Shown in pieces: positions 39,743 through 48,179 of a stretch of DNA of 64,000 bases. Both the position numbers and the translations under genes were made by a program. Source of the stretch: Candidatus Omnitrophota bacterium (GTDB taxonomy: Bacteria > Omnitrophota > Gorgyraeia > Zapsychrales > Fredricksoniimonadaceae). The notes below the pieces were generated by a model. That model had not been told where the DNA came from, ran no database searches, and saw only the letters and a program-made list of their open reading frames with translations. The stretch is taken from contig CAIVRE010000029.1 of assembly GCA_903908245.1 (NCBI GenBank), positions 14,266 to 78,265 on the forward strand, read 5' to 3'. How positions within the stretch are numbered: the stretch's first letter is position 1; each line of letters begins with the position of its first letter.

Positions 39743-42040
39743 TCAAGCAGGCGGGGCTAAAGGGCTCGGCAGCAATGGATTGGAATTAAGTTCTAACAAT
39801 TGCGGCAAATTAACGGGTTCAATACGATAAATCACTGGAGTCAAACCATGAATGTTCGTCATATTTATAGGCTGGCCATTAATAATCATGGGTGCGGACT
39901 TTTCGGCTACATCGATCTGCATATCCAACTTCTTGGAGTTCAAGTCTATACCACCTGTATTTTTATCTTGAGCTTGAGAGAAATCCAATTTTTTTATTTC
40001 TAAATGATATCTCGACCCGCCAAATCTTAGTTTGATATTCCATCTATAGTATTCAGATTTTTTTAAAGATATAGCTATTAATAATGAAAAGTTTCCATAC
40101 AAATCAAGAACGCTTTTTGTTTCGCTCGTTGGATCATAAATATCTTCTATGGTATTAGCCCTTGTTACATTGATCAACTCACCCATGACTTCATTAAGAA
40201 AATTCAGCCCATATTCATAATTCTTAACACTTAACTTTTTTGACCACATCATTCCTTTGAGAAGATCTCCCAAACACTCCGCTAAAACCATATTGTCCTG
40301 ATTTGGGTGCAACAAAGAGCCAATTGCGAGGGCTCTATTCTTGTTTTCTTCAATTAAATTAAAAATTGCATCCTGATTGTCAACAAGAAACCGCATAGAA
40401 ACTTCTGAAACAAGAGAATCAAGAAATAAATAAAAATCAAAAGCATCCCGAAGATCGCTCGGATGCCATCCCTCTTTTTCAAGAAAGCATGCCAGTTTAT
40501 GAAGATCTGGCTTCAACATGTTCCACAAAGTCAACCTGTCTTTACTCCGCGAGTTATCCTTATCTTTTAAAAATTGTTCGTTCACAGCCCTTTGACGTTC
40601 TTGCCAATACGGGATCAATACCTCAAGGGCACGTTTCTTGTCTAAAATATCTATTCTATTACTATCCCGTGAATTGATAACTTCCAACAGTTTTTCAATT
40701 TCCAGCCTTTTCTTTTCCTCTGCAATACGCAGCTGACGTCGTTTATTCCAACGAGAAACGCCATAACCACCCACAGCCAAGGCTCCTGCCACGCCCGCCC
40801 ATAAAGCGATCTGGCCGCCAAGCGGCATTTTAAAATACCAGTTCCCAACCTTAAGCTCCTCAGGAGCCGATTGAGTTTCACCTGCTAAACCTGAGGAAGC
40901 TACAACCGGCACATTGGACGCACCGGATACCAGTAAAACGACATTACTTGCAGATACTGTAGCCGCCTCGACATCCGCACGAACAGCCGGCGCTAATAAA
41001 GTCAGTGAACCAATAAAAATACCTCCCGCGATCAACAACGGAGCCACTTTGTTCATGAATCCACCTGAGAAATACCGCCTGGGAATTGTCGCCCCGGTCA
41101 CAATATCCGTATCTTCACGAATAAAGTTATAAGCCCCCTTCTGAACAGATGCCAAGTACTCTTTATAAATCACTTCTTTATCAACAGTATCCAGGAACCC
41201 AACCCCTGGAGTCTTGTTCTTATCCGCATACCCCCGCCCCAACACGCTTTCCTTAAGCCTGATCTTATACCAGGACGCCAGGATCATCGCCGAGTAGATC
41301 TGCCTCAACTGGGCAAAATGCGCGCCCTCATTAACTTCTTTTTCCAACACCGGAATAAGAACCTCCCGGTAAATGTCTGTCATCCCCTGCTTGGGATCAG
41401 TTCCTTCGCCCTTGCCGGTAGAAGCAAGATAATCCGCCTCCAACATGACCTTTAAACGGCTTTTAATGATAATAACCTTGCCATTGTTCTCCCAAACACG
41501 CGCTTCGGAAGGAACGATCCATACCCGGTTAAAAGCATCTGTGCTGGGTGCATCAAGGCCTTTGGCCGCAGCTGTTTCATAAATCCTGGCCCAAAAAGCC
41601 TTGCCTGTCTCACTGTCAGGATGTAACAGCGATGATGACAATTGCTTGAGAATATAATCTTCGCCTAAAAGATCACGCCCCATCACTGTCTGGCCAAAGC
41701 CATCCGGAATGATCCGGTCCGGCTCAACCGGCGACAGGTTGACCCATTGTTCCTCCTCAGGAACGGTTAATGACGACAGGAAATACCTGACTGCTTTATC
41801 TGCTTCCTGACGTAAAGCTTCGCCTTGAACCTTGTTAGTCCCTGTATCCATCAGGAAATCAAACTTGAAAGGCTCATCAGGATGAATAACCATCCCCTTT
41901 AAAACAGGCGGAGTGACCGATGCCCCCAGCGGCAAAATAACATCAGGCGCAGGCAATATAACCTGGGCCATAGCTCCCTGCGGGAACACATTACTAACAA
42001 TAAAGGCAACAAGAAGAAATACTGAAATTAATCGTTTCAT
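39743..42040 (-). CDS. Secreted/membrane modular protein of unknown function (N-terminal module, AT-rich central region, C-terminal GGIDLN module)
   Basis: 765-aa ORF filling the topA-xerC gap; signal peptide ending AMA-Q; 'WVNLSP', 'MGRDLL', 'DYILKQ', 'RRYFSGG'; TM helix; 'GGIDLN...GLTPVIYRI'. Confidence 0.85.
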   Translation of the reverse strand: MKRLISVFLLVAFIVSNVFPQGAMAQVILPAPDVILPLGASVTPPVLKGMVIHPDEPFKFDFLMDTGTNKVQGEALRQEADKAVRYFLSSLTVPEEEQWVNLSPVEPDRIIPDGFGQTVMGRDLLGEDYILKQLSSSLLHPDSETGKAFWARIYETAAAKGLDAPSTDAFNRVWIVPSEARVWENNGKVIIIKSRLKVMLEADYLASTGKGEGTDPKQGMTDIYREVLIPVLEKEVNEGAHFAQLRQIYSAMILASWYKIRLKESVLGRGYADKNKTPGVGFLDTVDKEVIYKEYLASVQKGAYNFIREDTDIVTGATIPRRYFSGGFMNKVAPLLIAGGIFIGSLTLLAPAVRADVEAATVSASNVVLLVSGASNVPVVASSGLAGETQSAPEELKVGNWYFKMPLGGQIALWAGVAGALAVGGYGVSRWNKRRQLRIAEEKKRLEIEKLLEVINSRDSNRIDILDKKRALEVLIPYWQERQRAVNEQFLKDKDNSRSKDRLTLWNMLKPDLHKLACFLEKEGWHPSDLRDAFDFYLFLDSLVSEVSMRFLVDNQDAIFNLIEENKNRALAIGSLLHPNQDNMVLAECLGDLLKGMMWSKKLSVKNYEYGLNFLNEVMGELINVTRANTIEDIYDPTSETKSVLDLYGNFSLLIAISLKKSEYYRWNIKLRFGGSRYHLEIKKLDFSQAQDKNTGGIDLNSKKLDMQIDVAEKSAPMIINGQPINMTNIHGLTPVIYRIEPVNLPQLLELNSNPLLPSPLAPPA

Positions 42041-42159
42041 GTAACTCTCGAATGATTAGGTTCGCTTAAATATTACACGGCGCAACAATATGGCAAAAAT
42101 AGAAAAGGATGTGAAAGTGTAACATGCAATAAGAAAAAAACAAGAGTACCAGGGAGAAA

Positions 42160-44154
42160 TTACTTTTCGGGAGTTACAGCTGGTTGTTCGGAAGGTTTGA
42201 CCGGGAGCTTGTTGGAAATATGTTTACAATCAGGATATTTATTGCAGCCGTAAAATACTCCGCCGCGATGATTTCGCCGCTCGACCAGCTCCCCTTCACA
42301 CCCTTCACTCGGACATTTGATCCCCATCGGATATGGTTCGGCGTGTTTACAATTGGGAAAGTTCGAACAACTCAGGAAACGGCCATTCCGGCCCCATTTA
42401 ACGACCATCGTATTGTCGTTGCATTTCGGGCATGACTTCCCGAAAGAAATACTGGTCTTTTCAATGGACGCCATTGCCCTGTCAAGTTCTTCCTTGAATG
42501 GGCCATAAAAATCCTTAAGCAACTTCACATGGTCAAGCGCACCCTCTTCCACCAGGTCGAGGCTTTCTTCCATGCTGGCCGTAAACCCGATATCCAGGAC
42601 CTTCGGAAAACTGGCGACCAGAAGGTCGCAGATAATGAACCCGAGCTGTGTCGGAGTTATGTACCCGCGATCACGCGTAACATAATTGCGCAGCACAACA
42701 GTCTGGATGATCGATGCGTAAGTGCTCGGACGACCGATACCGTCCTCTTCCATTGTCTTGACCAGAGATGCTTCCGAAAAACGTGCCGGAGGCTTGGTAA
42801 AATGCTGGGTGGGTTTGATCTCGGTCATCTGCAGGATATCCCCCTCATCATAAAAAGAAAGGTCCTGTTTCTTTTCCTCATCATCCGCTGTCTTATAAAG
42901 CGCCAGACACCCGGGGAATATCAGTGTTGAACCCGAAGCGCCGAACTGATACTGGCCGGCCGTGATCTCGACTTTTTTTGTTTCAAAGACAGCCGGAGCT
43001 ATCTGACAACTCACAAACCTCTTCCAGATAAGGTCGTATAATTTTGATTGGTCTTCGGACAGGAATTTTCTGATGGACTCCGGCGTCCGCGCAACATCCG
43101 ATGGACGGATAGCTTCGTGGGCTTCCTGGGCAGACTTCCTGGACTTGAACTTGTTCGGTACAGCCGGAAGATGATCTTCCCCGTAATTCTTTGCAATATA
43201 TTTACGGACTTTCTCGATCGCTTCATTGGCGATATTCACGGAATCTGTACGCATATAGGTGATCAAACCAACCGCGTCCTCATCCCCGATCTCGACACCT
43301 TCGTAAAGTTCCTGAGCGACCATCATCGTGCGTTGGGCATTAAAACCCAGCTTGGAGAAGGCCTCCTGCTGAAGCGTACTGGTAATGAACGGCGGCAAAG
43401 CATTGCGTTTGACTTCACGCACATTGACCGAACTGATACGAAATAACTTTGCCTTAAGATCATCGGCGATCGACCGGGACTCCTCCGCGGTCTTAAGCTC
43501 AGGCTTAACACCATTGATCCTCTCAAGCTGGGCTTCAAGGAGGTCCCGTGCGCCATCTTTCTTTAATAATACACCCACCTGCCAGTATTCCACAGGGACA
43601 AACTTCTGGATCTCGCGCTCACGATCGACAATAAGCCGCAAGGCCACCGATTGAACACGCCCGGCGCTCAAACGGCTCCCCACCTTCTTCCAAAGGATAG
43701 GGCTGATCGAATAGCCTACGATACGATCCAGGATCCGGCGGGCATTCTGCGCATTGATCTTGCTTTGGCTGAAATCATGTTTATTCTCAAAAGCCTTCAG
43801 GACCGCTTCTTTGGTGATCTCGTGAAAAACAACGCGAAATACTTTCTTGCCACCTGTTGCCAAATGCGGTACCAGGTTCCAGCCAATGGCCTCCCCTTCA
43901 CGGTCAGGGTCAGTAGCGAAATAGATCTCTGTCTTGCCTTCCGCTTCTTTCTTAAGCTTCCCCAGTACTTTCTGCTTGGCGCGCACAACGATCAGCTTCG
44001 GTTCAAAATTATTATCGACATCCACGCCCAACATGGATTTGGGAAGGTCGATCAAATGCCCCATCGAAGACGTGACCTTGTAACGGCTTCCAAGGATCTT
44101 GTTGATGGTCTTCACTTTGGCCGGTGATTCTACAATAACAAGTGCTTTTGACAT
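42160..44154 (-). CDS. topA: DNA topoisomerase I
   Basis: 'LVIVESPAK', 'ATDPDREGE', 'SAGRVQS', 'ITYMRTDS', 'GIGRPSTY'; two C-terminal zinc ribbons. Confidence 0.98.
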   Translation of the reverse strand: MSKALVIVESPAKVKTINKILGSRYKVTSSMGHLIDLPKSMLGVDVDNNFEPKLIVVRAKQKVLGKLKKEAEGKTEIYFATDPDREGEAIGWNLVPHLATGGKKVFRVVFHEITKEAVLKAFENKHDFSQSKINAQNARRILDRIVGYSISPILWKKVGSRLSAGRVQSVALRLIVDREREIQKFVPVEYWQVGVLLKKDGARDLLEAQLERINGVKPELKTAEESRSIADDLKAKLFRISSVNVREVKRNALPPFITSTLQQEAFSKLGFNAQRTMMVAQELYEGVEIGDEDAVGLITYMRTDSVNIANEAIEKVRKYIAKNYGEDHLPAVPNKFKSRKSAQEAHEAIRPSDVARTPESIRKFLSEDQSKLYDLIWKRFVSCQIAPAVFETKKVEITAGQYQFGASGSTLIFPGCLALYKTADDEEKKQDLSFYDEGDILQMTEIKPTQHFTKPPARFSEASLVKTMEEDGIGRPSTYASIIQTVVLRNYVTRDRGYITPTQLGFIICDLLVASFPKVLDIGFTASMEESLDLVEEGALDHVKLLKDFYGPFKEELDRAMASIEKTSISFGKSCPKCNDNTMVVKWGRNGRFLSCSNFPNCKHAEPYPMGIKCPSEGCEGELVERRNHRGGVFYGCNKYPDCKHISNKLPVKPSEQPAVTPEK

Positions 44155-44207
44155 GCTTCATACTTTCCACAAAAACGCTGTATTTGCAACGACTTTTTAA
44201 ATTAAAG

Positions 44208-45326
44208 TCAGCAAGGCTCATAAATCTTTCCAGGAAGTTCGCGTACAATACGCCTTAACTGCAAGCTTAAACACACCCCTATCAGCGCCGGCAGAGGCAA
44301 GATCGCACGGGCCGACAGGGCATCAAAGGAACACCGTCCTTCCTGAAGGATATCCAGGACCCTGATCTCATCTGCTGTAAGGTCGTCCGGCCTCTTCGCT
44401 TTCTCTTTCGGGAAAAGCTCGGGCTGACTCTGCATGCCCGGGATATCTTCAAAAATATCTTCCACACAAAGAACGATCTTTGCTCCATGCCGCATCAACT
44501 CATGCGGCCCTCGTGATTGCGGGGAATCAATACGCCCGGGAACTGCATAAACCTCTCTCCCCTGCTCTAATGCAAATTCGGCCGTGATCAGCGCGCCGCT
44601 TCGCGCATTAGCCTCCACTACCACAACTCCATGGGACAAAGCACTGACAATACGATTGCGCCGCGGAAAATTATACGGCATTGGTTCCGCCCCCAATGGA
44701 AATTCAGAAACAAGGCACCCCCGGTCAGAAACCTCGGCATATAGCCCTTTGTTCTGTAAAGGATAGACCATATCCAGCCCGCACCCCAGGACTCCGACCG
44801 TCCGTCCACCGGCCTTCAGCGCGCCGCGATGCGCCGCCGCATCTATCCCCCGGGCCATACCGGAAATAACAGCCGCACCCGCTTCCGCCATCCGCATGGC
44901 AAAACGCTCCGCAATGCCCAATCCATAAGCGGTAGCCCCGCGAGCTCCAACGATCGCAATGGCCACATCCTCCGGAGCAAGCATTTTTCCCTTAACGTAC
45001 AACACGATCGGCGGGTCTGCGATCTCTTTAAGCCGCCCGGGATAATCGTCATCAGTGATCGTGACGATCCTCGCCCCCAGATCTGTCGTTTTAGCTTCTT
45101 CTTTGTGTTGAAAATCTGATGCGGGAAAATGAACAAGATTGATAACAGCTTTCTCGCTGATCCCCAGCGATACCGCGGCTTCCGCCGGCGCTGTATTCAT
45201 AAGCCTGTGCCAGAAATCCTCTTGCTGACTTAACCGGAATGCCGTGCGCGGAGTTAGCCCGGATACTGCGTTAAGCGCGATCAGCGCTGCGCGGGGAGTA
45301 ACGGGAGAGGACCTTAAGGATCTCAT
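44208..45326 (-). CDS. dprA: DNA-processing protein DprA
   Basis: 'YPGRLKEIADPP', 'AIVGAR', 'SGMARGID', 'FPRRNRIVS', 'SGALITA', 'GREVYAVPG'; start uncertain (ATG 45326 overlaps aroK). Confidence 0.95.
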   Translation of the reverse strand: MRSLRSSPVTPRAALIALNAVSGLTPRTAFRLSQQEDFWHRLMNTAPAEAAVSLGISEKAVINLVHFPASDFQHKEEAKTTDLGARIVTITDDDYPGRLKEIADPPIVLYVKGKMLAPEDVAIAIVGARGATAYGLGIAERFAMRMAEAGAAVISGMARGIDAAAHRGALKAGGRTVGVLGCGLDMVYPLQNKGLYAEVSDRGCLVSEFPLGAEPMPYNFPRRNRIVSALSHGVVVVEANARSGALITAEFALEQGREVYAVPGRIDSPQSRGPHELMRHGAKIVLCVEDIFEDIPGMQSQPELFPKEKAKRPDDLTADEIRVLDILQEGRCSFDALSARAILPLPALIGVCLSLQLRRIVRELPGKIYEPC

Positions 45327-45813
45327 CGACCACCTTGCCGATATTATCCTCATCTGAATCAATGAGGAAATCAGCCTTGCGGTAATGGGGGTCGCGTTCG
45401 GCCAGTAGTTGCTTTATTTTTGCCAGCGGGTCCGGAACATTCAGGAGCGGCCTGTCTGTTTTCCCTCTGGTCCGTCGAAACACAGCCTCAGGCGAGGCAT
45501 ATAAATAAAAACTGACCCCCGTCTTTTTAAGCACATTAAAATTCACTTCATCCCGCGCCACACCGCCGCCGCAATCAATAACAAGGTCCTCACGCAAAGC
45601 GACCTCGGCCACGATCTGACGTTCGACCTGACGAAAATACGGCTCACCCGACTGCGAAAAGATATCCGCGATACTGCGCTTCTCACGATGCTCGATCAAT
45701 TCATCCGTCGAGACCCGCTCACGTTTTAACCGTACGGCCAACTCACGGGAAGTAAAAGTTTTTCCGCACGCCATGAAACCGACCAAAACAATATTCTTCG
45801 ATAAATTAAACAT
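45271..45813 (-). CDS. aroK: Shikimate kinase
   Basis: 'LVGFMACGKT', 'GEPYFRQVE', 'CGGG', 'RPLL', 'RDPHY'. Confidence 0.95.
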   Translation of the reverse strand: MFNLSKNIVLVGFMACGKTFTSRELAVRLKRERVSTDELIEHREKRSIADIFSQSGEPYFRQVERQIVAEVALREDLVIDCGGGVARDEVNFNVLKKTGVSFYLYASPEAVFRRTRGKTDRPLLNVPDPLAKIKQLLAERDPHYRKADFLIDSDEDNIGKVVDEILKVLSRYSPRSADRA

Positions 45814-45819
45814 AGAGGA

Positions 45820-45847
45820 ATTATAACAAGTTTTGATGATTTGTCAA
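45820..45847 (-). promoter_or_regulatory. Consensus sigma70 promoter for aroK (likely leaderless transcript)
   Basis: Minus strand TTGACA-16 nt-TATAAT with TG extension; only 6 nt (TCCTCT) between -10 and ATG. Confidence 0.7.
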
Positions 45848-46239
45848 AATATCTCTTTTAACGGCCGCATGACAAAATCCCGCTCGTTCATCCGTGGATG
45901 CGGGATAACGAGGTCCGGTTCATTAAACCGAATATCATCATAAGTTAAAATGTCGATATCGATCGTGCGCGGGCCGTCCTTGATGCCCCTCACCCGACCA
46001 AGCAATGCTTCGATCTGATGAATGACCTTAAGCAGCTCTCGGGGTGAAAGATCCGTCTCCGCCTTGACTGCGGCATTAAGGAAAAAACCCTGCGGGGGGC
46101 CTCCCACGGGGTCAGTTTCAATAATAGTCGAAACTTTAAGGACCTTGACGCCGGACTTGTTAAGCAAGCCCAACGAGTCCTGAATGTTTTTGGCGCGGTC
46201 TCCAAGGTTGGAACCAAGGCCAAGACATACAATAGACAA
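45844..46239 (-). CDS. folK: 2-amino-4-hydroxy-6-hydroxymethyldihydropteridine diphosphokinase
   Basis: 'LGLGSNLGDR', 'FLNAA', 'GPRTIDIDIL', 'IPHPRMNERDFV'. Confidence 0.96.
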   Translation of the reverse strand: MSIVCLGLGSNLGDRAKNIQDSLGLLNKSGVKVLKVSTIIETDPVGGPPQGFFLNAAVKAETDLSPRELLKVIHQIEALLGRVRGIKDGPRTIDIDILTYDDIRFNEPDLVIPHPRMNERDFVMRPLKEIF

Positions 46240-46241
46240 GC

Positions 46242-47453
46242 TCAGTTCCCCTGACTTTGCGATTCCTCGCCTTTCAGGCTCGGAATGACGGCTAAGACCT
46301 TGGCCATGCGCTGGACAGCTTCATGAATGCGTTCAACAGGGAGCGTAAGCGACATGCGGACATAACCTTCCCCGCTTTTGCCGAAGCCTACCCCGGGCGT
46401 CATCACAATATCCGCCTGATCCAGGAACGCCTTGGCACATGTCATCGAGTCAGGGAACCTGGACGGGATCTTCGCCCAAACATAGAACGCGGCCTTCGGC
46501 GGGTCGATCTTCCAACCGATAGAACGGCAGCCATTGATCAAGGCATCCCTCCGTTCCTGATAGCAGGTGCGCATATCTTCGATCTCGACCGGATCGATCT
46601 TAAGCGCCGCGATCCCTGCATGCTGAATGGCATTGAACACGCCGGAATCCACATTCGACTTCACCTTGGCCAGCGCCGCAATCAGTTGCGCATTACCACA
46701 GGCCCAACCCAGACGCCATCCGGTCATAAAATATGTCTTTGAAAATGAATGGAACTCGATCGCGATATCCTTGGCCCCGGGGATCTCCAGGATGCTCGGC
46801 GGCTTTACGCCGTCATAATAAACTTCTGAATATGCCAGATCAGAAACAATAATGATATTTTTCGCCGTACAAACTCTTACCAGATCTGTATAGAACTGCT
46901 TGTTCGCCACTGCTGATGTCGGATTATTGGGATAACAGACAATAATAGCCTTAACGTTCTTCGCCTCTTCAATATCCGATATCTTCGGCAAAAAATCATT
47001 TGATGCCTTAAGTGACAAATACTGGATCTTGCCACCGGCAAAAGTCACTGCCGCCTGATATGCCGGATACGCCGGATCTGTTAAAAGGACTTTCTCTCCC
47101 GGATTAATAACAGCCAGCGGAAAATGCGCCAACCCTTCCTTGGAGCCAATGAGCGGATAGATCTCACTCGCGGGGTCAAGGTCAACGCCGAAACGCCCTT
47201 TAAACCACTTGGCAATATCCACGCGCAGCTGCGGTACACCGGCATCAAAAGGATAATGATGATTGCTGCCGTCTTCGATCGCTTTTTTCATGGCGTCAAT
47301 GATCGGTTTATGGGTGGTCTGGTCTGGATCACCTACGCCCAGGTTGATAACATCCCTGCCCTGCGCCATCGCTTCGCGCTTGGCCTTATCGATCGCCAGG
47401 AAGAGATACGGCGGAAGCTGCTTTAATCGTTCGGATACCTCGAAATTAACCAT
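46242..47453 (-). CDS. dapL: LL-diaminopimelate aminotransferase (class I/II)
   Basis: 'LPPYLF', 'LGVGDPD', 'GSKEG', 'YPNNPT', 'SFSKTYFMTGWRLG'; in the dap cluster. Confidence 0.85.
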   Translation of the reverse strand: MVNFEVSERLKQLPPYLFLAIDKAKREAMAQGRDVINLGVGDPDQTTHKPIIDAMKKAIEDGSNHHYPFDAGVPQLRVDIAKWFKGRFGVDLDPASEIYPLIGSKEGLAHFPLAVINPGEKVLLTDPAYPAYQAAVTFAGGKIQYLSLKASNDFLPKISDIEEAKNVKAIIVCYPNNPTSAVANKQFYTDLVRVCTAKNIIIVSDLAYSEVYYDGVKPPSILEIPGAKDIAIEFHSFSKTYFMTGWRLGWACGNAQLIAALAKVKSNVDSGVFNAIQHAGIAALKIDPVEIEDMRTCYQERRDALINGCRSIGWKIDPPKAAFYVWAKIPSRFPDSMTCAKAFLDQADIVMTPGVGFGKSGEGYVRMSLTLPVERIHEAVQRMAKVLAVIPSLKGEESQSQGN

Positions 47454-47457
47454 TACA

Positions 47458-48171
47458 TTAAACTCCCATCACTTCCTGCATGTTATACAATCCGTTATCT
47501 TTGTACGCCACGAACTTGGCGGCAACAAGCGCGCCTTCGGCGAACATGTCGCGGGTGTTCGCGTTATGCGATATCTCGATGGTGTCAACGACGCCCTTGA
47601 ATATCACCTTGTGATAGCCGATGACCTCCCCCTCGCGAATGGATTCGATCGGTATGGGCTGCATCTGCCCGGCATTCTGGATGATCTCCCCCATGGTCTT
47701 GGCTGTTCCTGACGGAGCATCCTTCTTATGGATATGGTGGGTCTCGGTAATGGAAATATCATACCCTTTTAACGCCTCCGCCATCTTGCGCAAAAGGCCG
47801 AACAGGACATTGACTCCCACCGACATATTGGAAGAACGCACGATCCCGAGCTTTCTTGACACTTCAATGATCTCCGCATCCTGTTCGGCCGTCAGACCGG
47901 TGGTCCCGATCACCATACGGACCCGGTATTTCAAACAAGTTTGGATATTAACCATTGTTGCCTGGGGCACGGTGAAGTCGATGAGCACATCCGCCCCTTT
48001 GATCGCATTAATATCCGTCGAAATCTTCACGCCGCCGACAGACTCCGGGAGATCCGGGCAATCAGGACGTTCGATCAACGCAACGATCTTGATCTCCTTG
48101 TTCTGCAATGCCAGTTCCGTTATGCGTTTGCCCATCCTGCCCTGACAACCGGCGACAGCGAGTTTGATCAT
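47458..48171 (-). CDS. dapB: 4-hydroxy-tetrahydrodipicolinate reductase
   Basis: 'GCQGRMG', 'IDFT', 'IGTTG', 'NMSVGVN', 'ETHHIHKKDAPSGTA'. Confidence 0.96.
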   Translation of the reverse strand: MIKLAVAGCQGRMGKRITELALQNKEIKIVALIERPDCPDLPESVGGVKISTDINAIKGADVLIDFTVPQATMVNIQTCLKYRVRMVIGTTGLTAEQDAEIIEVSRKLGIVRSSNMSVGVNVLFGLLRKMAEALKGYDISITETHHIHKKDAPSGTAKTMGEIIQNAGQMQPIPIESIREGEVIGYHKVIFKGVVDTIEISHNANTRDMFAEGALVAAKFVAYKDNGLYNMQEVMGV

Positions 48172-48179
48172 ATATTCCT

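Noticed and set aside
44185-44213. GACTTT...AAAGTC inverted repeat upstream of topA
   Set aside because: The stem is short and AT-rich with no U tract or clear promoter context; too weak to call.
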